A DNA stretch of 64,000 nucleotides, from NCBI GenBank assembly GCA_964016885.1, contig OZ024763.1, forward strand, positions 27,776,001 to 27,840,000, in the 5' to 3' direction. The notes below the pieces were generated by a model that searched no databases, was not told where the DNA came from, and saw only the letters and a program-made list of their open reading frames with translations. Numbering within the stretch: the first letter of the stretch is position 1; the number at the start of each line of letters is the position of its first letter. This DNA comes from Eledone cirrhosa. Lineage: Eukaryota. Positions 1-14,099 of the stretch are shown piece after piece. The translations under genes were made by a program, and so were the position numbers.

Positions 1-4
1 GGTA

Positions 5-82
5 ATAGGAACCAGTAAGACCCCGACAGCTGAGCTCAAGCCGTTTCGACGGCTTGAGCTCAGCTGTCGGGGTCTTACTGGT

Positions 83-88
<6 letters not shown>
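5..88. repeat. Palindrome built from the 3' half of an HHR element
   Basis: 40-bp arms around TTCG; same family as 4963-5051 and 49791-49850. Confidence 0.8.
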
Positions 89-116
<28 letters not shown>

Positions 117-202
117 GGGGCAACAAATTATTGTTTTTGTATAATAAACCGTGTCACTCTTCTTTCCTGATTTATATATATATCTATCTTTATATATATA
201 TT

Positions 203-235
<33 letters not shown>

Positions 236-417
236 GTGTATATGTATGTGTGTATATATATATATATAACAACGGACCACGCCATTTTTTCATTTATATA
301 TATATACGGTCAAGTATGAAATGAAATTTGTAGAAATATGTTTTGTTTCTAGAAATTTTTACAAATTTCATACTTGACGATCCAATACTTATATATATAT
401 ACATATATATATATATA

Positions 418-489
<72 letters not shown>

Positions 490-995
490 TATACATGTAC
501 ACGCTAATGTATGTGTGTGTGTAACAAGCAAAACACCTTGTACACAGAATCAACGCATCAGCGCGAGCAACAGGCGTTTTTGCAATCGAAAAGATGTCGT
601 ATGTAATTGAAAGTAACAAGTCCTTTTTATAATTATTATAATTTATTCAAAAATGACAAATCCGTTTAATGACAACGGCTAAGAAGCCCTCAAAATTATT
701 GAAATGAAATATGGAAGTAATACATATGTATGATAAAAATCACGTTTTCTCAGACCTAACTGGCGCCGTGGAAGTATCATTCGGCGTTCTGTTCGAAGTC
801 TCTATGGTTTTAAAACCTAGTTTTGTTTTGTTTTATAGATTGTGACGTATAATTTCATCTAAGATACGTCTGTAGAATACTAATTTATATCGTAGATGCA
901 GTATAGTCGAATGATACAAAGGTTTGCATCTTAACCGTATGGCCCCGGGCTTCATACCACAGCCAGGCGTTCTCGGGCTAGCGTCTTATACCACA

Positions 996-1192
996 CAGGC
1001 CTGTCAACACTCCCAGTCCGATGGGGGGTGATCTCCCACCCACTCTGGAGTGGATGAGAGATGTCTTCTCTTGTGAAAGAGGGTATAGCTTTCATTATGT
1101 AAAAATCTTCCCATTTTGCCTGATTTTCCTCCATTTTCGGTCACTTTTTTCATGGTACTCTCCATTTGGGTTTTTAGAGGTTGGCAGGTCTG
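996..1192. mobile_element. MITE, 197 bp, 13-bp imperfect TIRs, 6-bp TSD ACCACA
   Basis: Ends CAGGCCTGTCAAC / GTTGGCAGGTCTG; ACCACA at 990-995 and 1193-1198; second copy at 2892-3081. Confidence 0.8.
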
Positions 1193-1312
1193 ACCACACG
1201 ACAATGACCTCAGGTTGACCCGAGTCTTGTTAGTGGAATTGAATAAATGTAAAAGGAATCTGTTTGGAAACTGGTTTTAAATTGTTTATATTTATCTAAA
1301 ATCTTCCATCAT

Positions 1313-1700
1313 GTGGATTGGCAATATCGGTAGAGGGTCGGACGCCATGCTTTCCAGCATAGTTACGTCCCTTTACGATCTGAGTTCAAATCCCGCCGAG
1401 GTTGACTTTGCCTTTCATCCTTACGGGGTCGATAAAATAAAGTACCAGTGATGCACTGGGTAATTGCTGGCCTTGTGCTTAAAGTAGAAACAATTATTTT
1501 ATGTAAAGGGTGGTGGATTGGCAGTATCGGTAGGGGGTCGGACGCCATCCTTTGATGCATAGAGTTACGACCCTTTCCAATCTGAGTTCAAATCCCGCCG
1601 AGGTTAACTTTGCCTTTCATCCTTACGGGGCCGATAAAATAAAGTACCAGTAATGCACTGGGTAATTGCTGGCCTTGTGCCAAAAGTAGAAACAATTATT
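1313..1700 (+). mobile_element. Two tandem tRNA-derived SINE copies (1313-1497, 1509-1700)
   Basis: A-box-like TGGCAGTATCGG, B-box GAGTTCAAATCC, central GCCTTTCATCCTTACGGGGTCGATAAAATAAAGTACCAG domain, AATTATT tail. The second copy is flanked by a duplicated aattattttatgtaaag. Confidence 0.88.
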
Positions 1701-1782
1701 TTATGTAAAGAACCTTTATCCAGTTATGATCAAAATACCAGTTTAGTAACGGTTTCTGATTGAGAATAGGAGGAAATCGATA

Positions 1783-1875
1783 AAATCGACTCCTGTGCAT
1801 AATTGGTACTTTGTTTTATCGACCCTGTAAGGACGTAAGGCAAAGCTAACCTCGACGAGATTGGAATTCAGAACG
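1783..1875 (-). mobile_element. Degenerate SINE fragment
   Basis: Diverged central domain. Confidence 0.6.
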
Positions 1876-2145
1876 GAAACACCAGTTTAATAATTAGAAA
1901 GAGTTTATTTTGTAATTATGAATTTACTATACAGTATAACACTACTGTACTATGCATGCATAGTCCTGTAACTCCGGAGGGAGTCATAAGGACGCCATAT
2001 TAACATGCGGCATTTCTCGGGCAATTTTAAACCTGACAGAGCCCATCCCTCACCAGGTCGGAATACAGCCCATTTCTTCGAGAGAAGGATAGAGAGAATG
2101 GAGGGGAGACACAGATATAGGAGAAGAGTTGACGCCAATACTAGA

Positions 2146-2288
2146 CTGGCACTTTTTTATCGACCGTGAATGGATGAAAGGCAAAGTTAACCTCGGCGGG
2201 ATTTTTGAACTCAGAGAGTAGAGCGCCGAAATGATCCCCCACAAAGCATTCTATCCGACGTTCTAACAACTTTGCCAATTCGCCGCCT
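2146..2288 (-). mobile_element. Diverged SINE of a related subfamily
   Basis: Same central domain and B box, different head. Confidence 0.7.
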
Positions 2289-2891
2289 ACTATACAATTT
2301 AATACTCAGCAATATCGTGTATGTATCTATACATTGTTATAAAATTAGTTCGATGAAAAATACCAAGCTAGAATTCGAACCCGTCACTCAACTTTCCAAC
2401 AAAAGTGTCTAAGTGTTGACTTTATTTTTCTATTCCTACACATCCAAAATTTGAATATCATACATTACCACAGCATGCCGCTTACGTCAAGGAAAATCAT
2501 ACCAATGCAACGTAAAGGTTTCACCATTGCTGTATATACACAAACTTCCAAATATATTACCACTTATAACGAACATTATCTCTCTACCGTCTTACTTAGT
2601 ACACTTAATAAATAATAACAAAAGAAAACTGGATCTTCGTATAATATCAACTAGATGGAAGACAAACACATGTAAAGGTAGCCCAATACACTTTCTAAAT
2701 CTTATTTTATCAAATCGTTCATCTTTAATATATAGGGCGACGCTCTCAACATTTTTCCGTTTGTTAGACTATTTTTTCATAGTAAAAAAAAAAAATATTT
2801 ATATATATATATATATATACGATATATATACCATGAAGCTTCTACCTTTTCATTAAAATTAAAATGTTTTATCTTAATTCTTAAATATTAA

Positions 2892-3081
2892 TGTCAATTC
2901 TCCCCATCCGACGGAGAGATCTCCCACTCATTTGCGGAGTGGTTGAGGTATGTCTTCTCTTGTAAAAATGGGTATAGCTTTCATTATGTAAAACCTGCCC
3001 ATTTTGCCACATTTCTTCCTGTTTTGGGGCACTGTTTTTCATGGTACTCCCCGATTAGGATTTTAGAGGTTGGCAGGTCTG
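2892..3081. mobile_element. Second, left-truncated copy of the MITE
   Basis: Colinear with 1003-1192; same right TIR. Confidence 0.75.
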
Positions 3082-3482
3082 TGTAAATTATTTATTATGT
3101 ATTATATTCTTATTGTATATTAAGTATTATATATTATATTCATACTTTTCTATACCCAGACCTATATCATAAAAAAATCACAGCATAATTCCCTTAGCCC
3201 CCATAAAAAAAAAAAATGAAATGTTTGACCAAGATTTGAACACAGAGTTTCATGTTCGAAATGATTTATATAAAACTTTTGTTGTTTGTAATTTTACTTT
3301 CGATTTTTCTAAGTAAAATAATCTATTGGTTTCTAAATAAAAGTGTAGATTTCAATTCGAAGGCTGAAACAGTTCTAATCTTGTAGAAGCCATTTCTATA
3401 TTAAACATTTATATTCTGCTATGTATTCAGTACCTTGTTTACTATGGTTACCTCCGATTGAACCCGGGACGCACATAAACAC

Positions 3483-3535
<53 letters not shown>

Positions 3536-3537
<2 letters not shown>

Positions 3538-3862
3538 TTTCTGAATTTGTTTAGCAAGATTCTTTATCTGAAATCGTGTGTTGAAACCGATATTGTTATA
3601 CTTTGGGAGGGTCATGTTGCCAATAAGAAATACACGCACCAGTTGTTTCACTTCAATTTATTATATATTTATAAATTTATAAATTTACAAATCTACAAAC
3701 TTATAAATTTCTGGTTGGTTGGTTGGTTCCACAACCAGATAGTTGTTTATATATAGTCATAGTCCTTTCGTCACACACTCTGTGACCCCTTCAGTGACTG
3801 GGGATTCCTTTCTTTGTTTCTGTGCATTTCCCTTCTTCTATCCTACGCCATTTTGTTTTTGT
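3536..3862 (-). mobile_element. ~320-bp dispersed element in (TA)n with degenerate HHR (3755-3799)
   Basis: Homologous to 31123-31436; AGUCA-CUGAAGG-gGUCACAgagugUGUGAC-GAAA-GGAC-UA^UGACU. Confidence 0.75.
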
Positions 3863-3887
3863 ATATATATATATATATATAAGTGAA

Positions 3888-4003
3888 GGCGTGTGGCTGA
3901 GTGGTTAGAGAATTGGATTCGCAATCGTAAGGTTGTGAATTCGATTCCTGGACCAGGCGATGCGTTATGTCCTTGAGCAAGACACTTTATTTCACGTTGC
4001 TCC
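3888..4003 (+). mobile_element. Second tRNA-derived SINE family (CORE-like), truncated
   Basis: TGGCTGAGTGGTTAG A box, AATTCGATTCC B box, then GTCCTTGAGCAAGACACTT. Confidence 0.7.
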
Positions 4004-4210
4004 TTCTACCTGGAGTTGCGACCGATAGATAGTATTAGCTATTGGAAAGACCAACGGAAACATTGTTCCCTCGGTCCGATTTGACGAAAGTCGATCGTTC
4101 CTTAAAATATATATATCAAAATAAATTAACGGAGTCATAAATTCGCGTTGGTCTCTGTAATTTATGAGCTCAAAGGAAAAAGAATCCTGGGCTCTTCAAA
4201 TATAATATAT

Positions 4211-4747
4211 GGAAATGATAATATACGAGAGAGAGTGTGTTTATCAATGTACAGGGAAAAACCACCAGTGTATGCAATCTCTCGTGTATTATCTTTTCCC
4301 TCTCTCTATATATATATACACACTATAAGAATAAAGGATCAAAGCTTCAGTGTTGCATCATAACATATTTAATAACATATTACATATGTTTCACTATGGA
4401 TCAGCTCGTGGAACGACCTATTATTGACCGACACCTGACTCTGTAATCGAAAAATCATCAGATTTGGTTCCGTATGTGAGCTCATCTCCGATCCTGTGCG
4501 TGAAATTCTCCAGTCAGTAGATATATGCAGCGCATTCTTAGAACGTGGTAGTTTGCGTCCACTCATTGGTTTATTATCTCATCATATATATTTATGATGC
4601 AACACTGAAGCTTTGATCCTTTATTCTTATAGTGTATATATATATATATATAGAGAGAGAGAAAAGATAATACACGAGAGATTGCATACACTGGTGGTTT
4701 TGCCTGTACATTGATAAACACACTCTCTCTCGTATATTATCATTTCC
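4211..4747. mobile_element. Fold-back element, ~165-bp inverted arms with a degenerate HHR in the spacer
   Basis: Arms ~4211-4368 / 4585-4747. Minus strand reads CUGAUGA (4455-4461) ... GAAA-CAUAUG-UA^AUAUGUU. Confidence 0.7.
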
Positions 4748-4750
4748 AAG

Positions 4751-4937
4751 GGCGGTGAATTGGCAGTATCGGTAGAGGGTCGGACGCCATGCTTTGCAGC
4801 TTAGTTAGGTCCCTTTACGGTCTGAGTTCAAATCCCGCCGAGGTTGACTTTGCCTTTCATCCTTACGGGGTCGATACAATAAAGTACCAGTAATGCACTG
4901 GGATAATTGCTGGCCTCGTGCTAAAAGTAGAAACAAT
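4751..4937 (+). mobile_element. tRNA-derived SINE, full length
   Basis: Matches the 1509-1700 family. Confidence 0.88.
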
Positions 4938-4962
4938 CATATATATATATATATATATATAT

Positions 4963-5128
4963 ATAGGAACCAGTAAGACCCCGACAGCTGAGCTCAAGCC
5001 GTTTCGACGAAACGGCTTGAGCTCAGCTGTCGGGGTCTTACTGGTTCCTATTACATACTCTACTACCTCAAGTATTGAGTACTTTGGTGCGTTATGGTCC
5101 ACCTGGTTCCTTACCACATTTCCTTCGT

Positions 5129-5130
<2 letters not shown>
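4963..5130. repeat. Perfect 89-bp palindrome (4963-5051) of an HHR 3' half, plus tail
   Basis: Centre at 5007; each strand reads GAAAC-GGCU-UGAGCUC-AGCU-GUC (stem III plus GUC cleavage triplet). Confidence 0.8.
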
Positions 5131-5157
<27 letters not shown>

Positions 5158-5159
<2 letters not shown>

Positions 5160-5312
5160 ATAAATGGAGAATATATCACTATAGCATCATAATTTATTGA
5201 TGCTAAGTTATACTATGCCTTCTTCAGACAAAATACATTATTTGATGTATAAAAATGTTATGAACATAACTCTGTTGATTACATATTAACAAAGTCTATG
5301 ACTCATGGTTTT
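5158..5312 (-). mobile_element. Degenerate pLTR fragment related to the PLE
   Basis: tatgccttcttcagacaaaataca matches pLTR tatgccttcctcagacaaaataca; flanked by (TA)n. Confidence 0.55.
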
Positions 5313-5334
5313 TATATATATATAATTATAAAAC

Positions 5335-5451
5335 GACAGGGAGCTGGACTGGTGTCATTAATTCCTTAAAGTTTTATTATACTATGAACGGGTTCAGTAT
5401 GAATCCGGTGACATCATCAGGTATTCCGAAATTTATCCAACAAAGGAATAT
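5335..5451 (-). mobile_element. Second copy of the 48050-48170 HHR element, HHR internally deleted
   Basis: Shares gggttcagtatgaatccggtgacatcatcaggtattc; the GAAA segment is lost between two TCA repeats. Confidence 0.65.
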
Positions 5452-5957
5452 AATTGTTTCTACTTTTGGCACAAGGCCAGCAATTACCCCCAGTACATTA
5501 CTGGTACTTTATTTTATCGACCCCTTAAGGATGAAAGGCAAAGTTAACCTCGGCGGGATTTGAACTCAGTCCGTAAAGGGACGTAACTGTGCTGCAAAGC
5601 ATGGCGTCCGACCCTCTACCGATACTGCCAATCCACCGCCCTGGTGGATTGGCAGTATCGGTAGAGGGTCGGACGCCATGCTTTCTAGCATAGTTACGTC
5701 CCTTTATGGTTTGAGTTCAAATCCTGCCGAGGTTAACTTTGCCTTTCATCCTTACGGGGTCGATACAATAAAGTACCAGTAATCTATTGGGTTATTGCTG
5801 GCTTTGTGCCTAACGTAGAAACAATTATATTCCTTTGTTGGATAAATTTTGGAATTTAATAAACAAAGGAATATAATTGTTTCTACTTTAGGCACAAGGC
5901 CAGCAAATACCCAGTGCATTACTGGTACTTTATTTTATCTACCCCGTAAGGATGAAA
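5452..5957. mobile_element. SINE cluster: 5452-5640 (-), 5643-5826 (+), 5877-5957 (-, truncated)
   Basis: Family match; the third copy is flanked by a duplicated aaaggaatataat. Confidence 0.88.
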
Positions 5958-6118
5958 AGGAATATAATAAAAGACAAACCTGTACTTCGGTTTCGTACCT
6001 TGTTTGTTTACATATATATACACCGTGTAAATCTAGTCGAAGTACATTTTTACATCTTCATATATATAAAAGTGCATTTTGCTATTATAAACACCATAAA
6101 TCTATATCTATTTCCCAC

Positions 6119-6169
<51 letters not shown>

Positions 6170-6567
6170 GAAGTGAGTACAGTCAACGTGTGTCTGTATC
6201 AGAGTGTGTGTGTGAGTGTCTATGTAGGTATGTGTGTATGTGTGTGTGTGTGTGTGTCTGTGTAAGTATAAATCGGAATTAAAAGCTGAAATCTTAGATG
6301 TTGCACTCGTTTACTGATCATCCAGTGTACTTCACCTTCTCTGACTCTCTATACACACACACACACACACACACACGTATATATATATATACACACATTA
6401 TTTATATATATATATAATAAAAAATAAACATATATATATGTGTGTGTATATGTATATATGTATACATATATATATTATATATAGAGGGGAGTATGCATAT
6501 GCATGTATATATATATATATATATATTCTTTTATTTTGTATATATCAATAATATATATATATATATG

Positions 6568-6625
<58 letters not shown>

Positions 6626-6824
6626 CATATATATATATATATATTATTGATATATACATAATAAAAATAAACATATATATATATGTGTGTTTGTATATAC
6701 ATATATATGTATATATTACGTATATATAGAGGTATGTATGCATATATATATATATAAATATATACACAAATGTTTATTTTATTGTAAAAAATTACAATAT
6801 TTTACAAAATAAATAAAAGAACAC

Positions 6825-6894
<70 letters not shown>

Positions 6895-7194
6895 ACGTGA
6901 TCGATAAACACTTTGCCAAAGTCATATAGTTTTCCTCTGATCAGAAATCGATAGCAGACACTTCAAACAACATTAGTATATATTGAACACTACACTTCCC
7001 AATTGACCTGAGCAAATTATTGATCGTAACCGTTTCACGTCCATCTTAAATACTTTTAATCCGAGGTTGGTGCCGTGCGGTGTGGTGTGGTGTATTGGTT
7101 GTAGTACAGAGGTGTGGGGTATTTTGTCTCCTGCTTTTTTTTTTTATTACGACGACTTCTTCACGTTTATATTTGTCTCTTTGTATTTACAAAT

Positions 7195-7812
7195 ATTTAT
7201 TATTATTTTTATTATTATTATTTTCTTTGAGTCTCAGTCATTGATGTTATTTAAAGTTTGTTCAAATGAATATCAAGTCGCTACCTCCAGCCTCAGATAT
7301 TCAGGATGTATCGGAGAGTTCTTGCTGTACCCAGCAAGCATGCTTTTTGAAGTGTTAAAAAAGAAAAACGGAGCTGGACTAATGTTCGTTAACCATCCTT
7401 GAAAAAAAAAAACTCTTTGAGATAGTACCTAGTGCTCCTATGACAATCGAGACCCCCTTGATCACATGACAGTCTCGAATCATTTTTAGTTCCCACTTTA
7501 AAATTCTGGCATCGGTTAATTTTTTCCTTTTCCTTTTCTTGAACTCTTGTGTCAAAGGGGGCAGGTTTATCTACAATCAGTCACGATCTTTTTTCCTTGT
7601 CCAAAAGCCACCAGGTCAGACCTATTGTGTTCTAATTTCTTGTCCGTCTGTCTCCTGAAATCCCATAGCACCTTCACCTGATCGTTTTCTATCACCGACT
7701 CTGGCTTATCCTCATACCACTTCTCAGAATGTGGTAAATTGTTTAGTTTGCATAGATGCCAGTGGGTCACCTTTCCTATCATGTCATGTCTCCAGCCTTT
7801 ATAGTTACTATA
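7195..7812 (-). mobile_element. Dong/R4-clade non-LTR retrotransposon 3' fragment (restriction-like endonuclease)
   Basis: RHD..HW..KWYEDKPESVIEN..VLWDF..QTD..HNRSD, IVIGALGTI and terminal LQKACLLGTARTLRYIL*; frameshifted; (TAA)n tail. Confidence 0.85.
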
Positions 7813-7891
7813 TTTCTTCTTCTTCTTCTTCTTCTTCTTCTTCTTCTTCTTCTTCTTCTTCTTTTTCTTTTTCTTTTTCTTCTTCTTCTTA

Positions 7892-8312
7892 TGGCCTTGT
7901 GCCAAAAGTAGAAACAATTATTATTATTATTATTACCGAGGTCAACATTGCCCTTCATCTTTACGGGAGTCGATAAAATAAAGTACCAGTAATATACTGG
8001 GATAATTGCTGGCCTTGTGCCTATATAAGAAACAATTATTCATCATCATCCCTCATGGACTTTCTTCTGCACCAGGTGACCTCTCTGATGCTAAGTACAT
8101 TGCTTATACTCTTATGTTATGTTTGTTTGGTGGATTGGCAGTATCGGTAGAGAGTCGGACGCCATGCTTTCCAGCATAGTTACGTCCCTTTACGGTCTGA
8201 GTTCAAATCCCGCCGAGGTTCACTTTGCAGTTCATCCTTACGGGGTCGATAAAATTTAGTACCAGTAATGTACTGGGTATTTGCTGGCCTTGTACCAAAA
8301 GTAGAAACAGTT
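7892..8312 (+). mobile_element. SINE copies: tail 7892-7920, truncated 7937-8040, near-full 8128-8312
   Basis: Family match. Confidence 0.85.
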
Positions 8313-8450
8313 ATGTTTCTTTGTCTATTTTTGTTTTATTTTTCCATTTTATGACTCCTGTCTTTGATCAAAGAACTGAGACATTCGCCGTCGGAGTCGA
8401 CGGAGGCCCAACACAAACACACAGCCATGTGTAGTTAGTTCTACGTATCC

Positions 8451-8506
<56 letters not shown>

Positions 8507-8648
8507 GTATGTATACACGCACACACATATAGATAGATGTATGTATACACGCACTCACATATATAGATAGATGTATGTATACACGCACACACATATATAG
8601 ATAGATGTATGTATACACGCACACACATATATAGATAGATGTATGTAT

Positions 8649-8691
<43 letters not shown>

Positions 8692-8710
8692 TACACACAC
8701 ACACACATAC

Positions 8711-8753
<43 letters not shown>

Positions 8754-9206
8754 AATATATATATACACACACATATATACATATATTCTACATATAGATT
8801 TGTGTGTTGTTGCCTGGTTGTGTGTATGAATAATTAAACATCTTTGACAATTTTTTTTTTTTTTTTTTTTCTAACATGGTGTATATGATTCCTTCCCAGA
8901 CATTCCTTACAAATAAAAGTAAATCTGAATAAATTGTAATAAAAATTTAAAAGAAATAGATTTAAAAACTGAAACTAAATGCTAAACTGGGGAATATATT
9001 TGTCAGATCTTCTCACAAGTAACTGTGTATTCCCTAAGGTAGATATTTATTGACACTTGTACAAGCAAACGATCAGACATAAAGTTCGATCTCGCTTTAA
9101 GTTTAACATTTTTCAACGCCATTTTGTTTATTTGATTTTATCTAGTTTTTTTCTTCTCTCACTATCTTTCTCTCTCACTCTCGGTCTCCCGCACTCTATC
9201 ACTCTT

Positions 9207-9263
<57 letters not shown>

Positions 9264-9691
9264 TCGCTCCCTTGCTCTCTCTCGTTTTTCTCTCTCTTGC
9301 TCCCTTGCTCTCTGTCGCTTTTCTCTCTCTTGCTCCCTTGCTCTCTCTCGTTTTTCTCTCTCTTGCTCCCTTGCTCTCTCTTGCTCCCTTGCACTCCCTC
9401 TCTCATTCTCTCCCTCTCTCCCTGTTTCTCTCTCACTCTCGTTTTTTTACTGTCTCTCTCTCTCTCTCTCACTCTCTCTCTCTTGTTTTTTCTTTCTCTC
9501 TCACTCGCTCCCTTGCTCTCTCTAATCACCATTACAGGGTTGATAAAATAAAGTACCAGTAATGCACTGAGGTCAATTTAATCGAGGAGAAAACACTTAG
9601 TGTGAAGTTTGGGTTTGAAATAAATCTGTTGTGACGTCAGTCCTGGAACTTTTCTAACACACCTCGTATATATATATACAGTATCTATATA

Positions 9692-9753
<62 letters not shown>

Positions 9754-9781
9754 TGTATATATATATATATATATATATATA

Positions 9782-9816
<35 letters not shown>

Positions 9817-9906
9817 TAAATATATATAAATATATGTATATATATATATATACTGTATATATATAAATATATGTATATATATATATACTGTATATATATA
9901 TATATA

Positions 9907-9943
<37 letters not shown>

Positions 9944-10067
9944 TGAAAATATTTAAATGTATGTATATATATATATATATATATACTGTATATATATATA
10001 TATATATATATATACGTATATATGTATGTGTTTATATAAGGTATCTATGAATGCAGTAATGTATGTA

Positions 10068-10146
<79 letters not shown>

Positions 10147-10574
10147 GTTTGTGTGTGTTGACAAAAAAGAAATTCCATTATGTTTGCGACGACAACAACA
10201 ATAACATACACAACAACAACAACAGCAATAACATAAACAACGACAACGACAATGAAAAAAAAAAAAAAAACTTCGCAGTGATGTTAATCAGAACGATAAT
10301 AGCGCTTGGCGTATGTCGTTAAGACGAAGATGTATGGAAGGAAAGAGGTGCAATAATGAAGAACGTAGTCATAGAAAACTATGATGGCCCATTAATAGCC
10401 ATGCAAATATAATACATGTTTTTTTTTTTTGTAGCATAAAACATATATAATCATATTTTTTTTATTCCATTCTTTCGATTATGTTCCAATGAATTCCACC
10501 CATATAACCACCGAACATGGAATCTAGCATTCTATAGCGATGTATATGTATCTGTGTATATTGTGCTTTTTGTG

Positions 10575-10643
<69 letters not shown>

Positions 10644-10831
10644 TTATATATATATATGCGTGTGTGTATATATATATATATGTATGTGTATATAAATATG
10701 TGTATATATATGTATATCTATAAATGTGTGTGTATGCGTATATATATATGTATATCTATATATATATATATGTATATATGCATTTATGTATATATACAAA
10801 TATATATATATATATTTGCATGTATCTATAC

Positions 10832-11000
<169 letters not shown>

Positions 11001-11028
11001 TATACAGATATATATATATATACATAAA

Positions 11029-11153
<125 letters not shown>

Positions 11154-11255
11154 CATACACACACACATATATATTTATATATATAGATATAGATATAGAT
11201 ATAAATATACGTATGGAAATATGCACACACAGACATATATATACATACGTGTATA

Positions 11256-11305
<50 letters not shown>

Positions 11306-11448
11306 CATGTGTATATGGGTGGAGTGTACTAGATCTAAAGCTTTTGCACATAGCTTATTTTGAACTATAGATTAAGTAATATACGCATCACTCTATTATA
11401 TAAATACATATTTTAACGTTAAATTTATGTTCCTAAACAACTTACACC

Positions 11449-11498
<50 letters not shown>

Positions 11499-11503
11499 TA
11501 TAT

Positions 11504-11558
<55 letters not shown>

Positions 11559-11570
11559 CATAAATACATC

Positions 11571-11617
<47 letters not shown>

Positions 11618-11660
11618 ACAAATACATCATATATATATATATATGTATAACAAATACATC

Positions 11661-11714
<54 letters not shown>

Positions 11715-11859
11715 AGAGAGTAGAAAGTGAAGGAGATGTGTATATATGTCTGTGTTTGTGAAATTGTGTGGGCTTCTCCATGTATGTGTGTATGCCTGTA
11801 TTTAAATGTAATATAACATCTATTTTACTTTCATATATATATATATATGTATATATATG

Positions 11860-11890
<31 letters not shown>

Positions 11891-11897
11891 GTATATA

Positions 11898-11947
<50 letters not shown>

Positions 11948-12173
11948 TACACGTATATATACGTATGTACACACGTATATATGTAAGTATATGTGAGTCT
12001 ATTTATATGTATGTATATATATATATGTATATATATGTATGTGTGTATATATGTATGTATATATGTATATATATGTATGTGTGTATATATATATGTATAT
12101 ATATATATATGTATATATATGTATGTGAGTATATATATGTATATATATATATATGTATATATATGTATGTGTG

Positions 12174-12205
<32 letters not shown>

Positions 12206-12453
12206 TATGTATATACATGTATGTCTGTGTATATATATATATACCTGTGTATATATATATATATGTATATATACATGTGTATATATATGTAAGTGTGTGT
12301 ATGCACATATGTGTGTGAATATGTGTAATACTTCTATTCATCCTATGTAATAATACATTCAAACACAATCTAGAATTCTATTCATTCAAAAGTCAGCATT
12401 TCGCCATTTCATTATCCAAATTTAAACGTTATTTGAATGCCAGTATCAAATAT

Positions 12454-12511
<58 letters not shown>

Positions 12512-12794
12512 GTATGGTATATGTAATATATCTATGTATATAATTATGTATATATATATGTATATATATATATGTATACATATATATATATGTATATATA
12601 TGTATGTAAATATATATATGTATATGTATATATATATGTATGTATATGTATATATATGTATATATATATGTATATATGTATGTATATGTATATGTATATA
12701 TATATGTATATATATATATATACGTATATATATGTATATGTATATATATACGTATGGTATATGTAATGTATCTATGTATATCTATGTATATAAT

Positions 12795-12829
<35 letters not shown>

Positions 12830-13006
12830 GTATATATATATGTATGTATATGTATATATATGTATATATATGTATATATATATATATATGTATATATATG
12901 TATATATATGTATATATATATATGTATATATATATATGTATATATCTATATGTATATATATATATATATATATGCATATACATATATATGTATATGTATA
13001 TATGTG

Positions 13007-13043
<37 letters not shown>

Positions 13044-13586
13044 GTATATCTATATATATATGTATATCTATATCTATATATATATATATGTATATATATG
13101 TATATCTATATCTATATATATACGTATGTATATGTATATATGTGTATATATATATATATGTATATATGTGTATATATATATATATATGTATATATGTGTA
13201 TATATATATATGTATATATATATATATGTATATCTATATCTATATATATACGTATGTATATATATATATATATATATATATAGATATATATATACGTATG
13301 TATATGTATATATAGATATATATATAGATATATATATACGTATGTATATATGTATATGTATATATATATCTATATATATACGTATGTACATATATATATA
13401 TATATACGTATGTATATGTATATATATATGTATATATATATGTATGTATATGTATATGTATATATATATGTATGTATATGTATATGTATATATATATATA
13501 TATGTATGTATATATATATGTATGTATATATATATATATATGTATGTATATGTATATGTATATATATATATATATGTATGTATATA

Positions 13587-13645
<59 letters not shown>

Positions 13646-13958
13646 ATATATATATATATGTATGTATGTATGTATATATATATATATATGTATGTATATA
13701 TATATATATATGTATGTATGTATGTATATATATATATATATGTATGTATGTATATATATATATATATGTATGTATGTATGTATATATATATATATATGTA
13801 TGTATGTATGTATATATATATATATATGTATGTATATATATATATATATGTATGTATGTATGTATATATATATGTATGTATGTATGTATATATATATATA
13901 TATGTGTATATATATATATATATGTATATATGTATATATATATATATATATATGTATG

Positions 13959-13991
<33 letters not shown>

Positions 13992-14099
13992 ATGTATATA
14001 TATATATATATACGTATGTATATATATATATATATGTATGTATATGTATGTATATATGAGAATGAGAGAGAAGTAGGGATAGAGAGAGATACAGAGCTT

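Noticed and set aside
3888-3960. tRNA genes at SINE heads (also 4751 and others)
   Set aside because: A and B boxes are present but there is no intact cloverleaf, and each continues into a SINE body.
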